Assembly: GCA_947571655.1 (NCBI GenBank)
Contig: CANOYR010000002.1
Span: forward strand, 44,212 to 108,211
From: an uncultured Bacillales bacterium
GTDB lineage: Bacteria > Bacillota_I > Bacilli_A > RF39 > UBA660
DNA: 64,000 bases
Direction of reading: 5' to 3'
Shown: positions 11,576-21,545 of the stretch, piece after piece
Position numbering within the stretch: the stretch's first letter is position 1
Layout: every line of letters begins with the position of its first letter
Translations under genes and position numbers: made by a program
Notes under the pieces: generated by a model
Database searches by the model: none
The model's input: only the letters and a program-made list of their open reading frames with translations
Told to the model about the DNA's origin: nothing

Positions 11576-11908
11576 TTATCTAGTAGCCACAACGATTACG
11601 ATGTGACTTGTTCTTTTATCTTTATGTCCAATATGACTACGTGAATCAAACATATGACGTTTTAATACTGGACCAGCATCTACTCTTGCTTCTTTTACAT
11701 AAAGCTCTTCTTGTTTTGCACCATTATTGTTTACTGCATTCGCAGTAGCAGATTCTAAAACTTTCTTTGTAAGACGAGCAGATTTTTTGTTCATATTATT
11801 TAATATTACTAACGCATCGTTAACATCTTTACCACGAATTAAGTCTACTACTAAACGAGCTTTAATAGGTGATACTCTAAGAGTTTTTGCGATTGCTCTT
11901 GCTTCCAT
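11576..11908 (-). CDS. rplV: 50S ribosomal protein L22
   Basis: Canonical L22. Confidence 0.95.
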   Translation of the reverse strand: MEARAIAKTLRVSPIKARLVVDLIRGKDVNDALVILNNMNKKSARLTKKVLESATANAVNNNGAKQEELYVKEARVDAGPVLKRHMFDSRSHIGHKDKRTSHIVIVVATR

Positions 11909-11927
11909 ATTATTCTCCTCCTAGTCA

Positions 11928-12194
11928 CTATTTCTTGTTATCGCCGTGTCCACCAAACTTACGAGTTTGTGAAAATTCTCCAAGTTTGTGTCCTACCATA
12001 TCTTCGGTTACATAAACTGGAATAAATTCTTTTCCGTTATGTACTGCGAATGTATGTCCAATAAATGCAGGATAGATAGTTGAACGACGTGACCATGTTT
12101 TAATGACTTCTTTTTTTCCAGATTCATTTAATTTTTCTACCTTAGCTAATAATCTATCGAATACGTAAGGTTTTTTCTTTAAACTTCTTGCCAT
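11928..12194 (-). CDS. rpsS: 30S ribosomal protein S19
   Basis: [23 protein letters not shown]... canonical S19. Confidence 0.95.
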   Translation of the reverse strand: MARSLKKKPYVFDRLLAKVEKLNESGKKEVIKTWSRRSTIYPAFIGHTFAVHNGKEFIPVYVTEDMVGHKLGEFSQTRKFGGHGDNKK

Positions 12195-12212
12195 AAATCA
12201 CTCAATCCTTTC

Positions 12213-13043
12213 CTATTTACTATTACGACGACGAACGATAAATTTATCAGACGTTTTTTTCTTTCTAGTTTTATATCCAAGTGCTGGTTTTCCCCAAGGA
12301 GTAACTGGACCTTTACGACCGATTGGCGCACGTCCTTCACCACCACCATGTGGATGATCATTAGGGTTCATAACAGATCCACGTACTGTTGGGCGAATTC
12401 CCATATGACGTTTACGTCCTGCTTTTCCTAATCTTACTAATTCTTGATCTTCATTTCCTACAGCACCGATTGTTGCGTAGCATGTTCCAAGAATTAATCT
12501 TTGCTCTCCGCTAGAGAGTCTTACCATTACATAATTTCCCTCACGTCCTAAGATTTGAGCAGATGCACCAGCACTTCTTGCTAGTTCTCCACCTTTTCCT
12601 GGACGAAGTTCAATATTATGAATCACTGTACCAACAGGAATATTCATAATTGGTAAGGCATTTCCTACTTTGATATCAGCTTTTTCTCCACTTTCAATCT
12701 TATTTCCTACTTTTAAACCTTTTGGAGCGATGATATATCTCTTTTCACCATCGTTATAATTAATTAATGCAATATTTGCAGTTCTATTTGGATCGTATTC
12801 AATCGCAGCTACTGTTCCAGGAATATCGCGCTTATTTCTTTTGAAATCGATAATTCTGTATTTTCTTTTTGCGCCTCCCCCTTGATGTCTTACAGTAATT
12901 TTTCCTTGATTGTTACGACCACCATTTTTCTTTAGGCTAACTATCAAACTTTTTTCTGGAGTCTTTTTTGTAATTTCGCTGTTTACTAAAGTGCTCTTTT
13001 TTCTTTGTCCGTTTGTAATTGGCCTGTAGCTTTTTACTGGCAT
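12213..13043 (-). CDS. rplB: 50S ribosomal protein L2
   Basis: Canonical L2 with conserved HPHGGGEG motif. Confidence 0.95.
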   Translation of the reverse strand: MPVKSYRPITNGQRKKSTLVNSEITKKTPEKSLIVSLKKNGGRNNQGKITVRHQGGGAKRKYRIIDFKRNKRDIPGTVAAIEYDPNRTANIALINYNDGEKRYIIAPKGLKVGNKIESGEKADIKVGNALPIMNIPVGTVIHNIELRPGKGGELARSAGASAQILGREGNYVMVRLSSGEQRLILGTCYATIGAVGNEDQELVRLGKAGRKRHMGIRPTVRGSVMNPNDHPHGGGEGRAPIGRKGPVTPWGKPALGYKTRKKKTSDKFIVRRRNSK

Positions 13044-13057
13044 GAGTAACCCTCCTT

Positions 13058-13339
13058 CTAATTAAGTTCGATTTGTTGACCTTCTGCTAGAGTAACTATC
13101 GCTTTTTTTGTACGATTGGTTAATCCAGTATAACGACCAACTCTTCTTTTCTTAGGTTTTACGTTCAGTGTACGAATTGCTTCGACTTTTACGTTAAATA
13201 TTTTTTCAATTGCCTGCTTAATTTCTGTTTTATTACTTCTTGAATCTACTTTAAATACATATTGATTCTGTTGTGCAAGATTTCCAGATTTTTCTGTAAT
13301 TACTGGCGCTTTAATGATTTCTAAATATTTTGTATCCAT
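13058..13339 (-). CDS. rplW: 50S ribosomal protein L23
   Basis: Canonical L23. Confidence 0.95.
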   Translation of the reverse strand: MDTKYLEIIKAPVITEKSGNLAQQNQYVFKVDSRSNKTEIKQAIEKIFNVKVEAIRTLNVKPKKRRVGRYTGLTNRTKKAIVTLAEGQQIELN

Positions 13340-13935
13340 TATTTAAGCACCTCCTCAATTTGTTTCAATGTGTCTTTTGTTGTTAGAACGACTGAAGCAT
13401 TGACTAAATCTAATACATTCATTTCTGTTGGTTCAATTACCATGATGTTTCTTAGGTTTCTAGATGCTAGAATTAAGTTTTCTTCAAGTTCACTTACAAC
13501 AATCAATACCTTCTGATCAGCAAGTTCTAGTGTATTTAATATTGCTACCATTTCTTTTGTTTTTGGGGTTGTCAATTTTAGTTCATCTACAACAACGATA
13601 TTTTTTTCATTATATAAGTTTAAGAAAGCAGTTTGTAATGCTAGTCTTCTTTCTTTACGATTTTGTTTCATACTGTAGTCTCTTGGAACTGGAGTACCAT
13701 ATCTTCCTCCACCTACCCATTGAACAGCACGAATAGATCCTTGACGAGCATGACCTGTTCCTTTTTGACGCCATGGTTTTCTTCCACCACCACGTACTTC
13801 ACTACGAGTTTTTGTCGAATGAGTTCCTTGTCTTAGAGATGCTTGTGATAAGATAATCGCATCAAATAAAACATTTTGGTTTGGCTCAATACTTGTTAAT
13901 TCTTTATTTAATTTAACGTCCTTTAGTTTTTCCAT
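13339..13935 (-). CDS. rplD: 50S ribosomal protein L4
   Basis: Canonical L4, 198 aa. Confidence 0.95.
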   Translation of the reverse strand: MEKLKDVKLNKELTSIEPNQNVLFDAIILSQASLRQGTHSTKTRSEVRGGGRKPWRQKGTGHARQGSIRAVQWVGGGRYGTPVPRDYSMKQNRKERRLALQTAFLNLYNEKNIVVVDELKLTTPKTKEMVAILNTLELADQKVLIVVSELEENLILASRNLRNIMVIEPTEMNVLDLVNASVVLTTKDTLKQIEEVLK

Positions 13936-13988
13936 CTTTAATTCCTCCTTCCATCACATTTCTTTTTTATTTTTAGTTCCTGTGATGA

Positions 13989-14774
13989 TTATTCGCTTAC
14001 TTCTTCGCTTGATCCTTCAGCAACTGGAGCATCTTCTGTAGATCCTTCTGTAACATTTTCTTGTTCAGTTTTCTCTTCTTCTACAGCTTCTTCTGTAGGT
14101 TCTTCTACTACTTCATAAGTAATTAACTCTTCCATTTCGTTAATTTTTTCTCCTTTTTTTACTGAAGTTCTAATCATAACTAAAGATTTTTTAGGACCTG
14201 GAACGTTACCTTTTACTAAAATCACATTGTTTTCTAAATCAACGTCTACTACTTCTAAATTTTGAACAGTAGTTAATACGTTACCCATGTGTCCAGGAAG
14301 TTTCTTTCCTTTTAATACGTGCATTGGTAACATTGTACCAAGAGAACCTACTCCTCTATGATATTGAGAACCATGCCCCATGGGCCCACGAGATTGATTG
14401 TGTCTTTTAATTACACCTTGGAATCCTTTTCCTTTACTAATTCCGCTAACATCCACAATTTCTCCTTTTGTGAATACACTAACGTTTAGTTCTTGTCCTA
14501 ATGTGTAATCTTCAATATTTACTCCCCTAATTTCTCTTAAGAAGCGCTTAGGTTCTGTATTCGCTTTTTTTGTATGACCCGTTTTTGGTTTGTTACTGTT
14601 TTTTGGTTTGATTGTTTCATATCCTAATTGAACTGCATTATAACCATCAGTTTCTACTGTTTTAATTTGAGTAACTATGTTAGGTTGTACTTCAATTACA
14701 GTAACTGGAATTAATCTACCGTTTGTCGTAAATACTTGAGTCATTCCAATTTTCTTACCTAAGATTCCTTTCAT
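13989..14774 (-). CDS. rplC: 50S ribosomal protein L3 with ~50-aa acidic C-terminal extension
   Basis: [15 protein letters not shown]... canonical L3 core (~210 aa) followed by a Glu-rich tail ([38 protein letters not shown]). Confidence 0.9.
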   Translation of the reverse strand: MKGILGKKIGMTQVFTTNGRLIPVTVIEVQPNIVTQIKTVETDGYNAVQLGYETIKPKNSNKPKTGHTKKANTEPKRFLREIRGVNIEDYTLGQELNVSVFTKGEIVDVSGISKGKGFQGVIKRHNQSRGPMGHGSQYHRGVGSLGTMLPMHVLKGKKLPGHMGNVLTTVQNLEVVDVDLENNVILVKGNVPGPKKSLVMIRTSVKKGEKINEMEELITYEVVEEPTEEAVEEEKTEQENVTEGSTEDAPVAEGSSEEVSE

Positions 14775-14788
14775 ACTTTTTCCTCCTA

Positions 14789-15106
14789 TTAATTTTGTTG
14801 TACTTTGATTTTAATATCAACACCGCTTGGTAAATCTAAGTGCGCTAGGGCATCTACTGTTTCCTTGCTTGGGTTTTTGATATCAATTAGTCTTTTGTGC
14901 GTACGCATTTCGAATTGTTCACGGCTGTCTTTATATTTATGAACAGCTCTTAAAATTGTGTATTTTTCAATTTCTGTTGGAAGTGGTACTGGTCCACTGA
15001 TTTCTCCACCAGTTCTATGTACTGTTTCCACAATTTTTTTTGCAGCATTATCTAGAATTCTATGATCGTATGCTTTTAAGTTTACGCGAATTTTATCTTT
15101 TGACAT
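14789..15106 (-). CDS. rpsJ: 30S ribosomal protein S10
   Basis: [19 protein letters not shown]... canonical S10; first gene of the operon. Confidence 0.95.
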   Translation of the reverse strand: MSKDKIRVNLKAYDHRILDNAAKKIVETVHRTGGEISGPVPLPTEIEKYTILRAVHKYKDSREQFEMRTHKRLIDIKNPSKETVDALAHLDLPSGVDIKIKVQQN

Positions 15107-15228
15107 TTTGAATCCTCCCTTCGCCTATATCTAGTATAGACTTGCTCCGTGTGAATTACCCGATTTTACCGAACAACTTAACCCGGTGTATCGACAACCT
15201 CCCACATCTAAGCAGCCACACGCATAAA

Positions 15229-15257
15229 ATTATAGCATAATAGGTATTGTTTCGCAA
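15229..15257 (-). promoter_or_regulatory. sigma-A type promoter of the S10 operon (TTGCGA-17-TATAAT on minus strand), followed by a ~120-nt relatively GC-rich leader (15107..15228)
   Basis: Minus-strand reading: TTGCGAAACAATACCTATTATGCTATAAT. The leader contains several short hairpins before the rpsJ RBS AGGGAGGA. Confidence 0.55.
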
Positions 15258-15291
15258 GTATTTTTTCTAAATTTCTTTGTTTTTAATTCCA

Positions 15292-15333
15292 TAATAAAAA
15301 AACCTAATTCCTTCTTTTTTGATGAATCAGGTT
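15292..15333 (-). terminator. rho-independent terminator downstream of gpmI
   Basis: Minus strand AACCTGATTC...GAATTAGGTT stem (1 mismatch) followed by TTTTTTTAT. Confidence 0.6.
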
Positions 15334-15400
15334 CCAATTTTATTTCTTTATATTTAGTAATATCTGTCAAAGTTGATAGACATTTATATGGTTTCATAAG

Positions 15401-16912
15401 CTATTTTATTTTTTGTACTAATACTTCTTTTGTCATTTCTTTTGGAATTTCTAATCCCATAATTTTTAGTATTGTAGGTGCAATATCTCCAAGCTTTCCA
15501 TCTTTTACTTGATACTTTTTATCACAAACAATGAATGGTACCTTATTTGTTGTATGTGAGGTTATAATGTTTCCTTCTTCATCAATCATTAATTCACAGT
15601 TTCCGTGATCGGCAGTTACAATTAGAGTACCACCTAAATCTTGAATTTTATGATAGACCTTACCCAAGTTCTCATCCACCGCTTCCACTGCTTTAATGGC
15701 AGCTTCTAAAACACCAGTATGACCTACCATGTCGCAATTTGCAAAGTTTAAAATTATGATATCATAGATATTTTTATCTAATTCTTTTAATAGACTATCC
15801 GTAACTTCAAAAATACTCATTTCAGGTTTTAAATCGTAGGTTGCTACTTTTGGAGATGGAATTAATATCTTTTTTTCATTCCTATAATCTACTTCTTTTC
15901 CACCATCAAAGAAAAATGTTACATGGGCATACTTTTCAGTTTCTGCAATACGTAATTGAGATAATCCTTTCTTTTCTATATATTCTCCCAAAATATTACT
16001 TAGCGATGGATCATCAAAAGCATGAGATGCAATTACTGATTCTACAACTGGTAGCATTGTTACTACCTTTACGTTATTAAAATGTTTTACTTCCATATCA
16101 TTAAAAGATGGATTAGTAATTGCTGTTAGTATTTCTCTTAAGCGATCTTTTCTATAATTAAATACAATCACCCCATCGTTTTCAGAAATATTTCCATCCT
16201 TTTCAAATACCGCTGGAATTAAAAATTCATCTGTTATTCCCTTTTGATAACTTTTCTCAATATACTCTTTCATAGAGGTAGATTGATTTCCTATAGAGTT
16301 CACAATTGCATCATACCCTTTTTTTAATCGGTCATAATTGTTATCTCTATCCATTCCGTAATATCTACCACCAATACTTGCGATTTTACCGATTCCAAGG
16401 TTCTTCAATTTTTCTTCTACTTGAAAGATATATTGATAGGCACTTTTTTTATCTACATCTCTTCCATCTGTAAATAGATGAAGATATAAATTTTCTATTT
16501 CATTTTGTTTACATATATCTAAAATAGCCATCAAGTGATCAATGTGTGAGTGTACTCCTCCGTCGCTAATTAATCCCAGTATGTGGAGTTTAGAATTATT
16601 TTTTTTAGAATGATTGATTACTTTTAGAATTTCTTTGTTATCAAAGAATTCCTTACTTCTGATACTTGTATTTATTAATTCTTGAGGCTGATACACTACC
16701 CTTCCTGCCCCTATATTCATATGACCAACTTCAGAGTTTCCCATCTGTCCTCTTGGAAGTCCTACTGGCTCTCCACTCGCATCTAAAGTACTATGTGGAT
16801 AAGTTTCCCATAAAAAATCAAAATTAGGCTTTTTCGCTAATTTGACAGCATTTCCATCTCTTTCCTCTCTAATTCCAAATCCATCAAGGATTGCTAGTAA
16901 TACTGGTTTCAT
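15401..16912 (-). CDS. gpmI: 2,3-bisphosphoglycerate-independent phosphoglycerate mutase
   Basis: 503 aa, MKPVLLAILDGFGIRE... iPGM family. Confidence 0.9.
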   Translation of the reverse strand: MKPVLLAILDGFGIREERDGNAVKLAKKPNFDFLWETYPHSTLDASGEPVGLPRGQMGNSEVGHMNIGAGRVVYQPQELINTSIRSKEFFDNKEILKVINHSKKNNSKLHILGLISDGGVHSHIDHLMAILDICKQNEIENLYLHLFTDGRDVDKKSAYQYIFQVEEKLKNLGIGKIASIGGRYYGMDRDNNYDRLKKGYDAIVNSIGNQSTSMKEYIEKSYQKGITDEFLIPAVFEKDGNISENDGVIVFNYRKDRLREILTAITNPSFNDMEVKHFNNVKVVTMLPVVESVIASHAFDDPSLSNILGEYIEKKGLSQLRIAETEKYAHVTFFFDGGKEVDYRNEKKILIPSPKVATYDLKPEMSIFEVTDSLLKELDKNIYDIIILNFANCDMVGHTGVLEAAIKAVEAVDENLGKVYHKIQDLGGTLIVTADHGNCELMIDEEGNIITSHTTNKVPFIVCDKKYQVKDGKLGDIAPTILKIMGLEIPKEMTKEVLVQKIK

Positions 16913-17089
16913 TCTATCCTCCTATTTTCAAATTATTGTGGATAAAGTATATCACTGGTTTCCATTTCACAAATTTTGTTTTGAATATAATTTTTCTTAT
17001 ATCTATAATTTTTTCATAAACATTCCTTCTACTAGTGAACGTTTGATTCCAATGTACACTTATATTATTTATATTAAGTGAGGATGTTT

Positions 17090-18397
17090 TTATAGACTTT
17101 CTTTCAAACAGAATGTGGCATATACAGGAACATAGCGAACATTTCTCTTTATACTAAAGTTATCCTCTGTAATTCGTATTCCTTCTGATATATTAAATTT
17201 ACTCATAAACAGGGAAAGGGATTTTGCCTTTGAAATATTTTTATTCACAACTTCGATTGGAATGATTTTTCCAGCTCTTGTCTGTACTACAAATGGCACT
17301 TCTGCTTTTCCCTCTGATTGATAATAATAGAGATTATACCCACAGGAAGTAATTGTAGTTGCGATATTATTTTCGTAAAGAATATATTTTATGTTTTCAT
17401 CTGTTAGTAGTCTTATTTTGGATAAATGCATCATCATAAACAAAATACCTGTATCATTTAGGTATAGTTTGAAGCTTTCAGAATCCTTACAATGACTAAG
17501 AGGCGGTTTTACCTCACTAATTTTATAACATTTGTAGGCGATTCCATTGGCACTTAAGAAACTTAATGCCTTTTCATAATCTTTACTTCTTCCTCCTGTT
17601 CTCATTAATCCATATTGAAATTTTCGATTGGACTTTAATAATTGGTATGGCAAAATATTCAATACATCTTCTGATCTTTGAATATCGATTAGTGTATCAA
17701 TTCCTAATAAGGCTTTTTTGTAACAATCAAGCACTTTTTCTTGAATCATTTTAATTTTTAAATCTGACTGATTGTTAATGCTTGCTTGAACTACCTCTGG
17801 TAATCCTCCTGTCATTAAGTATGTTTCATAATGATCTAATGCGATGTTATGGAATGGCATTGGCTTATTATTTCTATAGGAACTTTTGATAAATTCTATG
17901 AGTTCTGTATTTCCCACTGCTCTTAGGTATTCTTCGAAGTCCATCGCAAACATATAGCGATACTGCAATTCTTCTCCTTTAAATAGGGGTAATTTTTCAC
18001 GGTTAGACGTAATTAAAATGATGTGATATTCACTGCTTTCTTTTCCAAATTTTTTAAATCCTTTGATAATCTCTTCCTCTACGATGTTATCAATGATAAT
18101 TAAAGTATCATTTTTTAAAATCGTTTCTCCAATGAGCAGAGAAAGTCTTGCAATGATTCTATCTGTTGTTCTTTCTTTTTGCATAATACTATCAAGTGTC
18201 GTATTATTATTGCTATTAATATAGGCTACCGTTTTATACTCTTTTTCTCCAAATTCAATCGCTGTATAAGTTTTTCCTACTTGCTTGTTTCCATATAATA
18301 ATAATGGCTTACGATTTTGATCTCTTTTCCACTTTTGTAAATCTTGATATATTTTTCGTTCCATAAACCGCCCTCTCCTTACACTATTTTTATTCAA
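17090..18397 (-). CDS. AAA-family ATPase with DUF4143-like C-terminal domain
   Basis: Walker A GNKQVGKT and Walker B IIIDNI with a long C-terminal domain. It resembles the widespread AAA_14/DUF4143 ATP-binding proteins of unknown function. Confidence 0.6.
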   Translation of the reverse strand: MNKNSVRRGRFMERKIYQDLQKWKRDQNRKPLLLYGNKQVGKTYTAIEFGEKEYKTVAYINSNNNTTLDSIMQKERTTDRIIARLSLLIGETILKNDTLIIIDNIVEEEIIKGFKKFGKESSEYHIILITSNREKLPLFKGEELQYRYMFAMDFEEYLRAVGNTELIEFIKSSYRNNKPMPFHNIALDHYETYLMTGGLPEVVQASINNQSDLKIKMIQEKVLDCYKKALLGIDTLIDIQRSEDVLNILPYQLLKSNRKFQYGLMRTGGRSKDYEKALSFLSANGIAYKCYKISEVKPPLSHCKDSESFKLYLNDTGILFMMMHLSKIRLLTDENIKYILYENNIATTITSCGYNLYYYQSEGKAEVPFVVQTRAGKIIPIEVVNKNISKAKSLSLFMSKFNISEGIRITEDNFSIKRNVRYVPVYATFCLKESL

Positions 18398-18510
18398 TTA
18401 TAGTTTTTTATTTTTCTAATGTCAATATTTTACATAAGAGGTAAACTTTCTTTTTTTCTATCTAATCCTATCATCATTGATGAAGATACCACTAGTTTCA
18501 TAGTTTCTCA

Positions 18511-18540
18511 CAAATAAAAAGCAGGTCATCTATCTGCTTT
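18511..18540 (-). terminator. rho-independent terminator downstream of spo0A
   Basis: AAGCAG/CTGCTT stem followed by T-run on minus strand. Confidence 0.55.
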
Positions 18541-18556
18541 CATTTCCGTTTTCTAT

Positions 18557-19330
18557 TTATTTACTATAGCTTTTTTGAAATTCTAAACGTAACTTGTCTG
18601 CAACAGTTACGATAAATTCTGAATTGGTTGGTTTTGCCTTATCGATATCTACACTATGACCGAAGATATCTTCCATCAAATCCCAATCTCCACGATTCCA
18701 ACTCACTTCAATCGCATGACGAATCGCACGTTCTACCCTCGATACTGTTGTGTCAAATTTTTCAGCAATACTTGGATATAATTCTTTTGTAATCCCGCCA
18801 ATTACATCTGGCTTGTCATAAATAATTGAAATCCCTTCTCTAATGTATTGATATCCTTTGATATGTGAGGGAATCCCTAATTCATGAAGAATTTTAGTAA
18901 TTGAAATTTGTAAATTGTTATGATAAATGTCGATTGAGGTATTTCGATAATTATTTTCTTCTTGGCATTCCTCTAGTCTTCTTTCTAAATCTGATAATTC
19001 AAACGGTTTTAGTATGAAATAGTTCACACCATATTCTGATACTTTTCTAATCATATCTTGTGAGTTATATGAGGTTAGAACAATGATTTTCTTATCAATT
19101 TGCTCTTTTCTCATTGCTTCTAGAATAAATAATCCATCTTTCTTTGGCATAATTAAATCTAGAATGATGGTATCATACTCACTTTGTCTTTTGCGGATTA
19201 ACTCTAACCCTTCTTCACCATCATTTGCTTCTAAAACTAATTCTATACTAGCGTGATTTTTAAAATACTCCTTAATCATTCCTACTAATTCGATATTATC
19301 ATCGACCATAAGTACTCTGACTTTTTTCAT
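18557..19330 (-). CDS. spo0A: sporulation master regulator Spo0A (response regulator with Spo0A_C DNA-binding domain)
   Basis: Receiver domain (MVDDN...D...LDLIMP) plus C-terminal [35 protein letters not shown]...[20 protein letters not shown], near-identical to the B. subtilis Spo0A signature helix. Start taken at [11 protein letters not shown]. Confidence 0.9.
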   Translation of the reverse strand: MKKVRVLMVDDNIELVGMIKEYFKNHASIELVLEANDGEEGLELIRKRQSEYDTIILDLIMPKKDGLFILEAMRKEQIDKKIIVLTSYNSQDMIRKVSEYGVNYFILKPFELSDLERRLEECQEENNYRNTSIDIYHNNLQISITKILHELGIPSHIKGYQYIREGISIIYDKPDVIGGITKELYPSIAEKFDTTVSRVERAIRHAIEVSWNRGDWDLMEDIFGHSVDIDKAKPTNSEFIVTVADKLRLEFQKSYSK

Positions 19331-19423
19331 ATTTTCCCCTTTCTTACTACACGCATCTTCATTATACAATATAATTTTACAAAATGATATGGCGAAGATT
19401 CACTAGTTTTGTCAAATAGTGTC

Positions 19424-19600
19424 GAAAAAGGAAGAATTTTTTATCATTTAGATAAAGCATTTAAAGCCATCTTAAAAATTATTAAAACTACTACAATGAT
19501 TAAAACCCAAAATAGAGGTTCATCAAAGTGGTTTTCTACCAATTTTTCTAGATTTTTCATAGTTTTATCAAACCATGTCGTAAGGTCGTCGATTATATTT
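19424..19600 (-). CDS. small membrane protein (58 aa), unannotated in ORF track
   Basis: Manual translation gives MSLNIIDDLTTWFDKTMKNLEKLVENHFDEPLFWVLIIVVVLIIFKMALNALSK. A strong RBS GGAGGAG is formed by the last codons of tpiA, and there is one C-terminal TM helix. Confidence 0.4.
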
Positions 19601-19609
19601 AAACTCATG

Positions 19610-20320
19610 TTACTCCTCCAATATTTCTATTATTTTCTTTAATTCTTTTATTTTTAGGCTTGTCCCTCCAATTAAATATCCATCCATATTTTTAATTTTG
19701 TTCAATTGGAGAATGGTATTTTGATTGACACTTCCTCCGTAAATTACTTTACACTCTATATTGTAATTTTTTTTAATATAGAATTTAATCCAATGAATGG
19801 TTGTTTCAATTTCTTGTTTGTCTGGAATTAAGCCTGTACCAATTGTCCAAATCGGTTCATAGGCAATGACTATGTTTTCTAATTTTGTTTGATTCTCAAA
19901 TGCCGTTTGTATCTCTTGTTCTAATACTTTTTCTTTGCTTTGTCGCTCTTTTTGTTGTTCTCCAATACAGAGAATTGGAGTGATATCATTTTTTAAACAT
20001 AGAGAAATCTTTTTTTGAATCGTATTCAAATCTTCTTTTAGTATCATTCTTCGCTCCGAATGACCAATAATTACATAGGTTACTCCTAAGGATTTTAATT
20101 GTTCAATGGAAATTTCTCCAGTTAAGGCCCCCATTTTCTGACTGGCCACATTTTGACTTCCTAAAGGATATTTGATTGCTTTAAAATAGGGAAGATATAC
20201 GAAACTTGGACAAAAAACAAGAAGATTTTTTTCACTTTTTAGTGTTTTGATTTCTTTTAGATACTCTTTTACTTCGTTTAAGGTTAAATTCATCTTATGA
20301 TTACTTACTATCAGTTTCAT
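19610..20320 (-). CDS. tpiA: triosephosphate isomerase
   Basis: Catalytic motifs (GHSERR, AYEPIWAIGTG-like YEPIWTIGTG). Confidence 0.9.
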   Translation of the reverse strand: MKLIVSNHKMNLTLNEVKEYLKEIKTLKSEKNLLVFCPSFVYLPYFKAIKYPLGSQNVASQKMGALTGEISIEQLKSLGVTYVIIGHSERRMILKEDLNTIQKKISLCLKNDITPILCIGEQQKERQSKEKVLEQEIQTAFENQTKLENIVIAYEPIWTIGTGLIPDKQEIETTIHWIKFYIKKNYNIECKVIYGGSVNQNTILQLNKIKNMDGYLIGGTSLKIKELKKIIEILEE

Positions 20321-21545
20321 CCTTTTCTCCCTTTAATTTTTCTACTAATTTTCCAAAAACACCCAATCGATTTTTCTTATGTTCTATGGCATATTGGTAT
20401 ACCTTCAGTACAGATTCTGCGAAATATTTTGAACTATAACGATCGACATTAATTCTCGCCTGTTTGGCTAGTTTTTGATTTTTTTCTGTATCTTGATAAA
20501 GTTCTTCAATTGCTTTTTTACATTCTCGCTTCGTTTTAAATAATTTTCCATTTAAATCATTAATTACTGTATTTATAAAACTTTCATCTTCAATACAAAT
20601 TGGAGTGACTTCTGCAGCCATTGCTTCAATGACGGTCAAGCCTTGTGTTTCTGTCGTTGAGGCAGTTAAAAATATATCTGCTAAGTGATAGTAGTAAGGA
20701 GTATCTTCCCATTTTGTCTTTCCTGTCATGATCACTTTTTCTTGTAAACCATATTCGTTAATTAATTTTTGATATTCTTCTTTGTCTGGACCATCTCCAA
20801 CGATTAACATTTTTAAGTTGGGACATTTTGGAAGAACTTCTTTTATTCGATCAATCAAGTAAATAATGTTTTTTTCTTGTGCGATTCTTCCTACGAAAAT
20901 TGCTATAAAGTCTTCTTTCTTTAATTTATATTTTTTTCTTAATTTTTCTAGCTTTTCAAGGTCTAGATTTTCTTTATAAAAACGCTCTAATTCAATTCCA
21001 GTTGGAATGATGTGAATGTTTTTGTCTACTTTATACTTCTCTTTAAATAAATCATAGGTTTTCTTTGTCGGAACAATCAGTTCACTGGCTGTTTTATCAC
21101 AATAAAACTTTGTTAAGTACTCGACGATTTTTTTACTCGATTTATTGAAGTATCCTTTGGTTACATAATGAACATAGTCTTCATACATTGTATGATAGGT
21201 ATGAACTAAAGGAAGATCTAACTGAAATGCTAAGAGTCTTGCAAATGTTCCTACCGCAAATTCTGTTTGAGAGTGAATAATATCCAATTTCCATGTTTTG
21301 ATGATATTGACGGCTCGAATGGGATATAGTCCTGTAAGCCTTGAATCATAAATTCCCGTTGGGATTCCTGGAATTCTTAAGATATGTTCTTCTTCGTCAT
21401 AGTCATAGTGAAAGCTTTCTAAATTGGCAGTTACTACATAGACTGTATGTCCTAATTTTTCTAGAGCTTTTTTAAGCATTACTTCACTAGTAACTAATCC
21501 ACTAATATATGGGGTATATGCCTCTGTAAAAATTCCTATTCGCAT
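20301..21545 (-). CDS. GT4-family glycosyltransferase (glycolipid synthase-like)
   Basis: MRIGIFTEAYTPYISG... N-terminal GT4 fold and a C-terminal EX7E-like region; resembles diglycosyl-diacylglycerol synthases. Confidence 0.7.
   Translation of the reverse strand: MRIGIFTEAYTPYISGLVTSEVMLKKALEKLGHTVYVVTANLESFHYDYDEEEHILRIPGIPTGIYDSRLTGLYPIRAVNIIKTWKLDIIHSQTEFAVGTFARLLAFQLDLPLVHTYHTMYEDYVHYVTKGYFNKSSKKIVEYLTKFYCDKTASELIVPTKKTYDLFKEKYKVDKNIHIIPTGIELERFYKENLDLEKLEKLRKKYKLKKEDFIAIFVGRIAQEKNIIYLIDRIKEVLPKCPNLKMLIVGDGPDKEEYQKLINEYGLQEKVIMTGKTKWEDTPYYYHLADIFLTASTTETQGLTVIEAMAAEVTPICIEDESFINTVINDLNGKLFKTKRECKKAIEELYQDTEKNQKLAKQARINVDRYSSKYFAESVLKVYQYAIEHKKNRLGVFGKLVEKLKGEKDETDSK

Noticed and set aside
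12179-12361. 60-aa minus-strand ORF spanning the rpsS/rplB junction, and 5063..5284 inside secY
   Set aside because: Alternative-frame ORFs inside or overlapping conserved genes; no independent support.
1844-13736. Numerous + strand ORFs (e.g. 1844..2056, 2345..2536, 4973..5158, 5906..6193, 7494..7727, 8657..8848, 8969..9211, 9454..9759, 9787..10020, 11727..11924, 13464..13736) overlapping ribosomal and secY genes
   Set aside because: All are antisense to strongly supported, highly conserved minus-strand genes and have low-complexity or hydrophobic junk translations with no RBS.
19409-19642. 77-aa + strand ORF in the tpiA-spo0A intergenic region
   Set aside because: A minus-strand 58-aa ORF with a perfect RBS occupies the same region and fits the surrounding gene orientation; the + strand ORF lacks an RBS.
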